In this document: positions 38,083 to 48,034 of the stretch, one piece after another
Layout of the letters: each line of letters begins with the position of its first letter
Numbering within the stretch: the first letter of the stretch is position 1
Origin: a virus
Lineage: Duplodnaviria > Caudoviricetes
Length of the DNA: 64,000 bases
Virus record (IMG/VR): IMGVR_UViG_3300025121_000013
Reading direction: 5' to 3' (one strand)
Notes under the pieces: model-generated
What the model saw: the letters and a program-made list of their open reading frames with translations, nothing else
Databases searched by the model: none
Told to the model about the DNA's origin: nothing
Program-made: the position numbers and the translations under genes

Positions 38083-39100
38083 TCTCCCTATTTTTTGTAT
38101 GGATGACTAAATCCCTATATTCATCTTTTTGAGAAAGTTTGCTAAATATCGGGCATGTCCAATTACAACCTTGACAAAATCTCTTTTTATCCTCTTTTAA
38201 TAATTCTAAAAAACCTTTATTAAAGGTTAAATCCGAATTAAAAATATTTTGAATTTTAAAAGGTAACCCAACGTATCCCATAATTCTTAAACACAATCTC
38301 AATGAACCGTCCGAATCAATTGTAATATTATGAAGATCTTCTTCTAATTTACAATCGTAGTTTGAGGGTAATATTTCAAATAATCTATCTAAAAATTCTT
38401 TTCCCATATGAATATTAAAGTCTTCTTGTTTTATTTCATCAAAAATTTTCTTTGTGTTTTCATCAGGCAATACTAATAAATTTTTATCTGTTACATTTGA
38501 AAAATCATAAAAATCATTCTTTGCAATATCTATAGATGTCACGCTGCTAGAAATTTTTCTGTTGGTTAAATCTTTTAATAAAGGCTTTAAATAATTTATC
38601 GTTTCTCTATCTATCGTAACCTCGGCTACAACGTCTTTTATTTTCTCCGTTAATTTTGTTAAACGTTCAAGACCTTTTTTACTTTTTTCATATCGATCTT
38701 TATCATAGTTTGTAGAAAATAAAACTGGATCAACGGATGAAGTAAAACCTTTAACTTCAACATTATCAATCAATTTAATTATTCGTTCTTGAACTTGATC
38801 ACTATTATTTGAGATAATTGTATAATGAATATTTTTCTTATTGCAAAAATCAATAATCTCAATTAAGTCTTTTCTTAAAAAAGGCTCTCCACCATAAAAA
38901 ATATGAAAACAATTTGGATTATGTTCTTTTAAAATATCTAATGAATCAAGAACATATTGGGTGGACATTTCATAATTTATAAAATATTTAAATGATGGAT
39001 AATTTCTATTTTTATATTTTGGATCAGATATTCGACAATATGAACAATTTAAATTACATCGCCTCGTTAAAAGCCAATTTACAATTTGAATTCTATCCAT
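38063..39100 (-). CDS. radical SAM protein with SPASM/twitch-like C-terminus
   Basis: TRRCNLNCSYC, FYGGEPFLR, IDSDGSLRLC, CQGCNWTC. Confidence 0.88.
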   Translation of the reverse strand: MDRIQIVNWLLTRRCNLNCSYCRISDPKYKNRNYPSFKYFINYEMSTQYVLDSLDILKEHNPNCFHIFYGGEPFLRKDLIEIIDFCNKKNIHYTIISNNSDQVQERIIKLIDNVEVKGFTSSVDPVLFSTNYDKDRYEKSKKGLERLTKLTEKIKDVVAEVTIDRETINYLKPLLKDLTNRKISSSVTSIDIAKNDFYDFSNVTDKNLLVLPDENTKKIFDEIKQEDFNIHMGKEFLDRLFEILPSNYDCKLEEDLHNITIDSDGSLRLCLRIMGYVGLPFKIQNIFNSDLTFNKGFLELLKEDKKRFCQGCNWTCPIFSKLSQKDEYRDLVIHTKNRENENGNH

Positions 39101-39386
39101 TATTAATTTTTTCTTTAAGATCTAAATATTGTTTAACTTTTTTATCTTTTTCTAATTCTTTTAAGATAGAATAATACTCTACTTTTTTAAGACGTAACGC
39201 TTCTTCTTCTTTAGTTTCTTCCCTACATGTATGTAATGAAATATTTATATCTCCATAATCTTCCCTGATAGCAATGGTAGAATCTTTTCCGTTCTGATCA
39301 ATGAGAAAATTAATTTTTTCTTGTATTTTTTCCAGAGATTCGTCAAAGAAATCATAACCTAAATCCAAGGTACGATAAAGAATCAT
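39093..39386 (-). CDS. phage paralog family protein (ETxEE coiled-coil)
   Basis: REETKEEEALR...QYLDLKEK. Confidence 0.6.
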   Translation of the reverse strand: MILYRTLDLGYDFFDESLEKIQEKINFLIDQNGKDSTIAIREDYGDINISLHTCREETKEEEALRLKKVEYYSILKELEKDKKVKQYLDLKEKINNG

Positions 39387-39400
39387 TCTAAAGACCTTTC

Positions 39401-41602
39401 TTACAGTTTTATGAGCTCATCATATTCTATTTTTTCATTGTGCATATGGCTGATGATATATATCGACTTCTCTTTAGACTTTTCTTTTAAAAGGAACGAA
39501 ACACTCTCAGTATTTTCCTCATCCAAACTATCAAATATTTCATCAAATAAAAGAATATTAAAATCGATTCCATAAATATTTGATTGAAGATCGCTCAATG
39601 TTAAAATAGTTGCCAGATCAATCAATCTTTTTTGGCCACCTGAAAGCATAGATACGGAATTTGCTTTTGTGACATTATCAAAAACATTTACCGATATTTT
39701 ATCTTTTAATTTTTCTTTATCTTTTGTCTCAGATAATGTATCAAAAGAAACCTTATATCTTCCATTAGAAATTTCATCTAAATATCTCTTAACATTTCGA
39801 TTCATAAAAGGAATTGATTCATCTATTAATAAACTCTGAATACCTTGGCTAGAAAAGCCTGTTGACCAAAAATCTATAATATCTTTTTTCTTTATATTTT
39901 TTAACATTAATAAATCTATATTCTCAATAGAACCTTTTTCAATCAAAATTTTCTCTTTAATTTCAATGATTTTAAAATTATAATCTTCATAAACCTTAGA
40001 ATCTTTTAAATTTTCCAATTCTTTTTCAGTATTCTCAATTGTCGAATCTATTTTAACTAAATCTAATTTACAATAAGGTAGCATTTCTTTTTTTCTATTT
40101 AATACTTCTTGTTTTTCATTTAACTCAGATAAAAGAAATCTGTTAGTTTTTAAATCAGAAAGAAATTCTCTTGTTAAATTTTCTTTTTCTCTTAACATTA
40201 AATCTGATATTAAATTTAATTTATTATCTAATGCTTCCTTTATTCCTTTTATATCATTTTTATTTTGTACATTAATTTTATCTTTTTCTTCAATAAACTT
40301 TTTTCTATTTACATCTTCGATTTTTCTTAATTTTGTTTTCTTTTCTTCTAGATCGAGTCTTTCAGCTTTTAACACTTCTAACTCTGTACATAAAAGATCT
40401 TTTTCTGTTTGATATTTTTGCACTTTTTTCTCAAGAACATCTTTTGCTTTTTTATCTAAAAGAGATTCACATGTTGGGCACTGTGGGACATCTGTTTTAA
40501 TAATTCTCTCAGTTATCTCTTTTATTTTATTTTCTAGATTTTTAATAAAAATATTTACCTCTTGAGAGTTTAAAAGATTTTTAGAAATAGCTATATCTAT
40601 TTCTTTATTTTTTTCTGAAAGATGCTCTATAAATAAATCGTATTGTTTTTGACATTCTAATAATTTATATTCCTTTACTTCTTCAACGTCTTCCTTTAAT
40701 TTATAATATTCTTTATTCGCATCATTGATCTTAATATTTTTTTCATTTTCTATCTTTAAAAATACAGTTCTTATTTTTTCTTCAATTTTTCGAATTTTAT
40801 TTTCCGTCAAATTTATATTTCCTGATAAATCATTAAATGATTCTATTTCATGTTCCAATTTTTTTATATCATCTTTAATAGTTTCTTTTTTAATATTTAA
40901 TTCAGATATTTTATGATTTATATTTTCAATTTCTTTTTCTCTTCTTATAACTATATCTCGTATATTTCTATTAAAACTCATTATATCATTTTCATATTGA
41001 TTAATCAATTCTAATTTGATTCTTTTTTGAATTTCAAGATCTTTAATTAAATCCTCTAATTCTTTTAAAAACTTATTTGCTTTCTTTTGATATTCAACAT
41101 ATTTTTCTAGCTTTAAAATGGTTCTAAAAATTTCTTTTTTGTTTGAGTCTGGAAGATTTGTGAAAAATGTTTTTACTTGCTGAGCAAAATAAAATGTATT
41201 AAAGAACAGATTTTTTGGAACTAAAAGACGTTCAATTTCAGCTATAACATCTCTTTGTCCAACTTTAATTTTTTCATTTTCTTTCAATAAAATTACTGTG
41301 TTCCCCATCTTATCATATTTTTGATATCTTTCGATTGTATAATTTATATTTTCTGGAGCCAAAATAAATTTAGTCCATGTTTTGCAGTTTTTCCCTATTT
41401 CTCGATTTACACACTCGTCTCCAGAAGCTTCAGGGGTTGCTCCATACCAAGTAAATGGAATCGAATCAAAAAGGGTAGTTTTTCCAATCCCATTTTTCCC
41501 CATAATTAAAACTAATTTATTATCATAAATGGGCAATGATATTTGCCCTTTATATCCTTTAAAATTTTTCATCCCTATCTCAGTAAATTTTACTGTTTTC
41601 AT
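39401..41602 (-). CDS. sbcC: SbcC/Rad50 (gp46-like) SMC ATPase
   Basis: GKNGIGKT, coiled coils, CPTC zinc hook, LSGGQ, LLFDEIFDSLD. Confidence 0.93.
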   Translation of the reverse strand: MKTVKFTEIGMKNFKGYKGQISLPIYDNKLVLIMGKNGIGKTTLFDSIPFTWYGATPEASGDECVNREIGKNCKTWTKFILAPENINYTIERYQKYDKMGNTVILLKENEKIKVGQRDVIAEIERLLVPKNLFFNTFYFAQQVKTFFTNLPDSNKKEIFRTILKLEKYVEYQKKANKFLKELEDLIKDLEIQKRIKLELINQYENDIMSFNRNIRDIVIRREKEIENINHKISELNIKKETIKDDIKKLEHEIESFNDLSGNINLTENKIRKIEEKIRTVFLKIENEKNIKINDANKEYYKLKEDVEEVKEYKLLECQKQYDLFIEHLSEKNKEIDIAISKNLLNSQEVNIFIKNLENKIKEITERIIKTDVPQCPTCESLLDKKAKDVLEKKVQKYQTEKDLLCTELEVLKAERLDLEEKKTKLRKIEDVNRKKFIEEKDKINVQNKNDIKGIKEALDNKLNLISDLMLREKENLTREFLSDLKTNRFLLSELNEKQEVLNRKKEMLPYCKLDLVKIDSTIENTEKELENLKDSKVYEDYNFKIIEIKEKILIEKGSIENIDLLMLKNIKKKDIIDFWSTGFSSQGIQSLLIDESIPFMNRNVKRYLDEISNGRYKVSFDTLSETKDKEKLKDKISVNVFDNVTKANSVSMLSGGQKRLIDLATILTLSDLQSNIYGIDFNILLFDEIFDSLDEENTESVSFLLKEKSKEKSIYIISHMHNEKIEYDELIKL

Positions 41603-42636
41603 TTTATGTCCTTTTCTATTATTTCTATTCCAACTTGAATAAATTCTTCTATATCCGAATTTTTAACTTCTTTAAATTTACAATATTTTTCCATTCTTTC
41701 TCTCTCACTCATATTCATTGACATTCCTCTATTCGTTAAATCGGACGTTTCATTTTTAATAAAAATAATTCCTTTATTGTCAACCACATCAATATTTTCT
41801 TCACTTTCAATTTTTACATAATGTCCTTCATCTCTTAATTTTAAAGCATTTTTTAAAATCTCATTTTTATTTTCTTCATTTAAACTAAAATAATAATGTT
41901 TTTTATAACCTTCAATAGGGATACTCTCGACAGATAAATTATCTGTATCAATAATTAAAAATCTTTTTTCCTCGCCTTTTTCACCCCAATCTTTTTGTAT
42001 AATAGATCCAGAATAATATAATGATATTTCTGGAAGAATCATTTCTTGGGGTTTATGATAATGTCCCAACAAAACTAATTTATATTTTCCAATAAGATCT
42101 TTTACACTTATTTCAGATTTTACGCTAATCCCTGAAGATAAAACCGCTTCAGAAAGTCCGAAGTGGGATATTAAAATATCCGCTTTATTATTCTTTATGT
42201 CTTCAAACATCCCAAAAGTCCAGGGAACATGAAAAATCTTTTTATCTTCTATATTCATAAAAGAAGAATTTTTTATTCTAACTACATTTGATTCGCTATC
42301 TAAACATTCTAGACCTGATTTTAAATATTTTCCTTTATCCGTAACATCATGATTTCCATCTATAATAATAAATTTAAAGTCCTTGTGATTTCGAAAAAAC
42401 TGTAATAAAAGATTTTGCGCAACTACATATATTAAAGATTTATCATTTAATAAATCTCCACCAATTTCCAACGTATTGATATTTCTTTTTTTACATTCAA
42501 GAATAATAAATTCCAAACATCTTTTAATGCTGGCGATTCTTAAAGGTAAATTTTCAACTGAGTCTATAGGATCATTTCCAAAACCAGAAAGATGTAAATC
42601 TGCAATAAAAGCAAATTTCATTCTATTTCCTTCCAA
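41599..42636 (-). CDS. sbcD: SbcD/Mre11 (gp47-like) nuclease
   Basis: ADLH, GGDL, GNHD, SHFG, GHYH; likely start MKFAF. Confidence 0.92.
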   Translation of the reverse strand: MEGNRMKFAFIADLHLSGFGNDPIDSVENLPLRIASIKRCLEFIILECKKRNINTLEIGGDLLNDKSLIYVVAQNLLLQFFRNHKDFKFIIIDGNHDVTDKGKYLKSGLECLDSESNVVRIKNSSFMNIEDKKIFHVPWTFGMFEDIKNNKADILISHFGLSEAVLSSGISVKSEISVKDLIGKYKLVLLGHYHKPQEMILPEISLYYSGSIIQKDWGEKGEEKRFLIIDTDNLSVESIPIEGYKKHYYFSLNEENKNEILKNALKLRDEGHYVKIESEENIDVVDNKGIIFIKNETSDLTNRGMSMNMSERERMEKYCKFKEVKNSDIEEFIQVGIEIIEKDIK

Positions 42637-44053
42637 GAATTTTTATTGCATCATTTTTTGTTACTTTTTCTGTTTTTCCATCCTGAAAACATACTATAAA
42701 ATTTATATCCCATTTTTTAGATTCATAATATTTAATCCTCTGAAATAGAGTTTGATAAATAAATCTGCACCCAATATCAACAATATCATAAATCTCTGCA
42801 TTCATTTTATCTTTAAAAGTTCTTGAAATTCTTCCTGAAATCTGATTGATATTTTTTATTGGAGACGTCATAATTAAACAATCTTTTTCAGGTTTATCAA
42901 TGCCATCTCGGACTTTTCCAGGAGTCGCAAATGTAATTTTATTATCCATATTCTCTAATCCACCAGGCCCATAAAATTTTCCTTTATCTCCTTCAATTAT
43001 CTCATACATAAAATCTAATAATTTTATTCTTTCAGCAACAAAAATTATTTTTCTTTTTTCTTTTAATTTATCAATTAAAGTCTTTGATAAACTCAAAAAT
43101 TGAACTGATTTTTTCATTAAATTTAAATATCTTGATCTCTGAAATTGTCCTCCCCACATTAAATACCTAACTCTCTTTTCTGTATAAATATTATAATCTA
43201 AAAGTAAAATATTAACGGTAGGATTTATTGTATTTTCTAAATCCTCTCCTTGAAATGTTTCTCCCAAATGATATTTAATAATATCAGTATTTCCATCATA
43301 TCTATAAGGGGTCGCGCTCAAGCCATATGATCTATATGAAGGAATCCACAATGAACATTTTGAAAACTCATATGCCCCAACAGATATATGAATTTCATCG
43401 GCTATCAAAATTCCTAATTTCATTTCAATTAAACTTTTTATAAATTCTTCTTTATCTCTTCTAAGTAAAGATAAAATAGTCTGAACTGTGGTAACCATTA
43501 TTTTTTTATTGATTCCTTCTTTATAATTATTAGAGGTTAACCTCATAATATCTTCTTTTTTACAATCGGTAAATTCTAAAATTCGATTCATCCACTGTTC
43601 AACAAGAGAATCTCTATGAGCAATTATCAAACTTCTTTTCTTTAACATAGAGATAACATAAATAGCAATTACCGTTTTTCCAACTCCAGGATCTAATTGT
43701 AAAATGCAATTTTCATTTTTTAACATATAATCAATTGAAGTCTTTTGAACCTCACTTCTTGGAATGATATTATGATTAATTTCAATATCTTTCCCCTTTG
43801 GTAACATATTTTTTATTTCAATTTCATCACAAAAATCTTTTATTGGAAAATTTCTTGGAATTAAAAGATAATCTTCTGCTTCATAAAAATATTCTTGTTT
43901 TATCTTTAGAGAGGGATCTTGCCAATCAACAGAGAGACGAGTTAGATCATTCTTTATATTTTGATAAAAATCTTCTTTTTGATATTTTGAGGGAATTAAT
44001 ATTCCCGATGTTTTAGGAAACTCTATAAGTCGCTTTTGAATTTTCATTTTCAT
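42623..44053 (-). CDS. superfamily 2 helicase (UvsW/ResIII-like)
   Basis: PGVGKT, ADEIH, GLSATPYR, DGID..D, QISGRISR. Confidence 0.88.
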   Translation of the reverse strand: MKMKIQKRLIEFPKTSGILIPSKYQKEDFYQNIKNDLTRLSVDWQDPSLKIKQEYFYEAEDYLLIPRNFPIKDFCDEIEIKNMLPKGKDIEINHNIIPRSEVQKTSIDYMLKNENCILQLDPGVGKTVIAIYVISMLKKRSLIIAHRDSLVEQWMNRILEFTDCKKEDIMRLTSNNYKEGINKKIMVTTVQTILSLLRRDKEEFIKSLIEMKLGILIADEIHISVGAYEFSKCSLWIPSYRSYGLSATPYRYDGNTDIIKYHLGETFQGEDLENTINPTVNILLLDYNIYTEKRVRYLMWGGQFQRSRYLNLMKKSVQFLSLSKTLIDKLKEKRKIIFVAERIKLLDFMYEIIEGDKGKFYGPGGLENMDNKITFATPGKVRDGIDKPEKDCLIMTSPIKNINQISGRISRTFKDKMNAEIYDIVDIGCRFIYQTLFQRIKYYESKKWDINFIVCFQDGKTEKVTKNDAIKILGRK

Positions 44054-44441
44054 ATACCGTTACATAGTCCATGTATATTTTATTGCTAAATTGATAATTC
44101 TTCAAAGCCCATTCTATCTCATTATACAGATTACATGATAAATTTTCAGCTGTGGGTTCTCCATCAAATACAATAACCTTAAAATTTCGCCTTATATACA
44201 AATCTATAAGTTCCTCATCCAATGAATTTAACATAAAAGCGTGATCAAATTTATCCAAAACTTTATTACAAATTTCTTTTAACACTGTAAAATCCATGAC
44301 CATTCCTTCATTATTTACTTCTTCAGACTTAATCCCAACCAATATTGAGAAATTGTGGCCATGAGGGTTTTGGCACCGATTCTTATTCAAATAAAGTCTA
44401 TGTCCAATTGGAATGGAAAACTTCTTTTCTATATAATACAT
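44013..44441 (-). CDS. queD: 6-carboxy-5,6,7,8-tetrahydropterin synthase
   Basis: GHRL...CQNPHGHN, MVMDF, FDHAFML, PTAEN, VYEN. Confidence 0.92.
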   Translation of the reverse strand: MYYIEKKFSIPIGHRLYLNKNRCQNPHGHNFSILVGIKSEEVNNEGMVMDFTVLKEICNKVLDKFDHAFMLNSLDEELIDLYIRRNFKVIVFDGEPTAENLSCNLYNEIEWALKNYQFSNKIYMDYVTVYENENSKATYRVS

Positions 44442-44442
44442 A

Positions 44443-45771
44443 TTACCATCTCCTTGTTGTTTGTTGATATTCTTCTAAAGCGCTTTTTCTTATCTCTTTT
44501 AACTTTTGATTTTCAAATTTTAAAAGATCTAACATTTCTTCAGTACGTATATCCATATTTAGAATTTGTAACAATTTATATTTTCCTAATATTTCTTTTA
44601 CTTCTTCAAATGAAACACCGGATTTTTCAGAAATTATTTTAATTTCTTTGTCAGAATCTTTAATGATTTTTAACAATGCTTGTGATAAATAAGGCCTAAT
44701 TTTTTGTAATATTTCATATTCTTTAATTGAACCTTTTAATTTTTCTATTTGATCCTCGATAGAGATTTTTAGAAAATTTTCATATCTCGAAAAAGTCCTT
44801 TTTAAATAATCATCGACACCAATAACCTCAATTTCGTCATTTTCATTTACAATTGTAATTTGAAAATTTTGTGTTCCGTGTAATTCCCTTAAAATCTTTT
44901 GCTTAACCTTTTCATAAGTGACTTCTTTATTTCTTTGTCTTAAAATTGAAAATACTATTTTTGTTTCTGTTGTAGAATCATCTCTAAATCCAACATCTCC
45001 GTTTTTCAATTCTGTTTCTAAACACTTTAAAAATTTTTCAAATCTTTTAGGAAATGGCCAAGAATAAATTTCTATTTCAAATGCTTCTTTATTTTCTTTA
45101 TATTTCCCCATCACTTCTAATTTTGCTTCGCCAGTTGTTAATAATTTTTCAAGTTCTTCAGGTGGTGATAAAATATCCAATTCCATTCTTGGTAAAATCA
45201 AAGGCTTTTCTTTCTTTTCTCCTAAAAGCCATAATAGCCTTTTATATAAATCTTTAACTTCATAACTTGGAATTACAGTTCTAAAACCAAAACCAATTCC
45301 AAAACTTGTAGTTTTTCCAATTAAACAAATAGGATATTTAACTGGTAAAATTACAGGTTCATTTTGACCCAATGGATTTAAAAAATATGGAACAAAATTA
45401 ATCAGATTAAAAGCCAATTCTTGTGTCTTTTCAGGCAAACGGCACTCAGTATATCTCGAAGCGGAAGCCTCTACCGGTTCGATTCCGGTATTGCATCCAA
45501 AGCTTCCCTGGCCTTCGAGGATATCCTGTTGAGCTAACTGTACTATTGTGCCATAAGAAGAACCGTGTGGGTGGAATCTACCCATCACATCTCCTTCTAT
45601 TCTGGCAGACTTAACATATTTATTTTTTGCGATAAGATACGACGAGTAAAGTACTCTGCGCTCAACGGGCTTCAATCCATCGGGTCCAGGAAAAGCTCGA
45701 TTGATATTTACATACATTCCATATTTTTTATAAAAATATTGAACTGTTTTAAACAAATCTTTTTTAACCAT
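44443..45771 (-). CDS. gyrA: type IIA topoisomerase subunit A (no C-terminal beta-pinwheel)
   Basis: DGLKPVERR, KSAR, FHPHG, ASRYTE catalytic Tyr. Confidence 0.9.
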   Translation of the reverse strand: MVKKDLFKTVQYFYKKYGMYVNINRAFPGPDGLKPVERRVLYSSYLIAKNKYVKSARIEGDVMGRFHPHGSSYGTIVQLAQQDILEGQGSFGCNTGIEPVEASASRYTECRLPEKTQELAFNLINFVPYFLNPLGQNEPVILPVKYPICLIGKTTSFGIGFGFRTVIPSYEVKDLYKRLLWLLGEKKEKPLILPRMELDILSPPEELEKLLTTGEAKLEVMGKYKENKEAFEIEIYSWPFPKRFEKFLKCLETELKNGDVGFRDDSTTETKIVFSILRQRNKEVTYEKVKQKILRELHGTQNFQITIVNENDEIEVIGVDDYLKRTFSRYENFLKISIEDQIEKLKGSIKEYEILQKIRPYLSQALLKIIKDSDKEIKIISEKSGVSFEEVKEILGKYKLLQILNMDIRTEEMLDLLKFENQKLKEIRKSALEEYQQTTRRW

Positions 45772-45774
45772 TTA

Positions 45775-47580
45775 TTAAAACATCTCCTCTATTTTTATAT
45801 CTTGGTTATAAATCAAGCTTCTTTTTTCCTCTGCGTCAGAAAATAATTTAAACATATCTTCAATATTTTCCGAATATTCAATTTGAATTAATCTGCGATT
45901 TTTTTCATCTAATAAACATTTCTTTAATTGTTGAGGAGTTAATTCTCCTAATCCTTTAAATCTCGAAATTGGCTCATTATTTTTTCGAGCTTTTTCTAAT
46001 TCATCTTTTGTCCATAACGGAGTAAAAACAGTCTTTTTATTTATAGCGAAAAGAGGAGTCATCGCTAAATAATAAAATCCTTTTTTGATAATCTCAGGAA
46101 TTGTTGCAACCAAATTCAAAGTCAACAAACAGAATATATGAAATCCATCGTCATCAGCATCGGCGGCACAAATAATTTTATTATATCTAATATTATCAAT
46201 ATTAAAATCTGGCCCATACCCAGTCCCAATACTTTGAATCAATTCAAACATTTCTTTATTTTGTAATATATCTTTATTAATCGTAGAAGGGGGTTTTCCT
46301 TTTAAAGGCAATATTGCATGTAATGAAGGGTCTCTGGCTTGAATTAAACTTCCGCCGGCGCTTTGTCCTTCGACAATAAATAATTCACCATTTGGTTTAT
46401 TACAATCTCTTAATTTTGTATATTTAACAGAGACTCTTCTATTAGAATCTACGGTAATGATTTTTTTAGAATCTAATCTTCTTTGATAATTTTCCATGTG
46501 CGTTAATAAAGGAATTAACAAATCTTCTTCATGATCTTTAAAAAAATCTTCTAACCCAGTTTTCAATTGAGGAATAAATTTTACTAAATCTGTTTTTTTA
46601 TTTGTCAAACTATCTTTTGTTTGTCCTGAAAAATCAGGCTTGACTAATGACAAAGAAAAATAACCTCTTAACCCACAAATTGCACAATTTGGCTGAAACT
46701 TAAAATTATATTTTTTAGCCTTAGAAATAAAAAATTCTCTTAATAAATCGATAAAAAGATTAACATGAGTTCCGCCCTTTTGAACAGGTAATAAATTTAC
46801 ACTAGACCGTATTTTTGGAGAAGAAGATCCATCGAATGAATAACAAAAAGACGCTCTAAATAATTCTGGAGATTTATCAGAAAATATCTCAATAATTGGA
46901 GTACAATCTTTATCTCCGTTGGCTAGACAATATTCTTTAAAAAAGTTTTGTTTGGAAATATTTATAACTTCTTTTTTATTATCTATGATCAATACAAATT
47001 TAACTTTCGGCATCTCTACTGAGGCAACAAATAACCTTTCCCTAATTCTTTCGATAGAAGGTAAAAGTTCTTCAAAAATGTTTTTCATTGGTTTAAAAAG
47101 AATTCTTGTTGAAAAGGGTGGCTCGCCTGTAAATTCTTCTTTTTTCTCTTGAATTAATTTTGCATTATTAAATTCGTAAATTGCGTGTCTTTTGTTTCTA
47201 TAAACTTCAACAATATATTTTTCACTTAGGGCATTTACAGCAACCAATCCAACACCATGAAGGCCGCTAGAAATTTCATATGCGGTTTTTCGACCTTTAA
47301 ATTTTGCTCCAGAAAACATTTCATAGGAAACAACTTTTGGCATATCTTTTTCTATAGGAATTCCTCTGCCATTATCAATTACAGAAAATTCATTATTTTT
47401 TGTATCCATATTAATTGCAACAATGTCAGCGTGTTTTCCTAAACACTCATCTAAGGAATTATCAAAACATTCTTCCAAAAGATGTGTGGGAGTTTCTGTA
47501 CTCCCTATATACATTGTTGGATTTATTTGAATGTGACTTATATGATCTATAACTTCAATAGAATTATGGTCATAAGACAT
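45775..47580 (-). CDS. gyrB: type IIA topoisomerase subunit B
   Basis: DNSLDE, DNGRGIP, GLHGVG, GGTH, EGQSA, PLKGK, DADDDG, RFKGLGE. Confidence 0.93.
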   Translation of the reverse strand: MSYDHNSIEVIDHISHIQINPTMYIGSTETPTHLLEECFDNSLDECLGKHADIVAINMDTKNNEFSVIDNGRGIPIEKDMPKVVSYEMFSGAKFKGRKTAYEISSGLHGVGLVAVNALSEKYIVEVYRNKRHAIYEFNNAKLIQEKKEEFTGEPPFSTRILFKPMKNIFEELLPSIERIRERLFVASVEMPKVKFVLIIDNKKEVINISKQNFFKEYCLANGDKDCTPIIEIFSDKSPELFRASFCYSFDGSSSPKIRSSVNLLPVQKGGTHVNLFIDLLREFFISKAKKYNFKFQPNCAICGLRGYFSLSLVKPDFSGQTKDSLTNKKTDLVKFIPQLKTGLEDFFKDHEEDLLIPLLTHMENYQRRLDSKKIITVDSNRRVSVKYTKLRDCNKPNGELFIVEGQSAGGSLIQARDPSLHAILPLKGKPPSTINKDILQNKEMFELIQSIGTGYGPDFNIDNIRYNKIICAADADDDGFHIFCLLTLNLVATIPEIIKKGFYYLAMTPLFAINKKTVFTPLWTKDELEKARKNNEPISRFKGLGELTPQQLKKCLLDEKNRRLIQIEYSENIEDMFKLFSDAEEKRSLIYNQDIKIEEMF

Positions 47581-47598
47581 ATTTTTCCTCCAGAGATT

Positions 47599-47970
47599 TT
47601 ATACCCCATCTGTTATTTTAAGACTGGTCCACTGTGGTGCATGAATACATTGCGCCCATGAGGATGTTCCTTCAAAAATATAAATTCCATGATCCGTATG
47701 AAGTTCGACTTTAACACTTTCAGAGACCCAAGATTTTTTTGGAAAGGTTTTATTAATTATTCTTCTGATTCCCATTATAAAAAGATCAGAAGAAAATTGG
47801 AAAAATTCGTCATAAGATCCTTTTTGAAAAAATGTATCAAACCTTCTTGCACTACGTTGTATGTCATCAACGATAGATTCTCTAATATAAATAGTTTTTC
47901 CTTTAAATCTAATTTGAACATCATTTCTATCTATACGTTTTTGATGAAGTTTTCGATTAAACTTTTTCAT
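47599..47970 (-). CDS. hypothetical protein
   Basis: Start MKKF at 47970 after GAGAGGA SD (track extension runs through a hairpin). Confidence 0.6.
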   Translation of the reverse strand: MKKFNRKLHQKRIDRNDVQIRFKGKTIYIRESIVDDIQRSARRFDTFFQKGSYDEFFQFSSDLFIMGIRRIINKTFPKKSWVSESVKVELHTDHGIYIFEGTSSWAQCIHAPQWTSLKITDGV

Positions 47971-47989
47971 ATTCCTCTCTATTATATTG

Positions 47990-48023
47990 ATGTGGTGGGA
48001 AGAGTTTCCCCTTCCCACCACAT
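47990..48023 (-). other. GC-rich hairpin with GAAA tetraloop
   Basis: ATGTGGTGGGAAG-GG-GAAA-CT-CTTCCCACCACAT on the minus strand, 12 nt after a stop codon. Confidence 0.7.
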
Positions 48024-48034
48024 ATATTTCTAAC

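Noticed and set aside
45473-45499. tRNA-like T-arm ACCGG-TTCGATT-CCGGT followed by ...CCA on the plus strand
   Set aside because: It lies antisense inside gyrA (encoding GCNTGIEPV); no complementary acceptor stem, D-arm or anticodon arm at the expected distances
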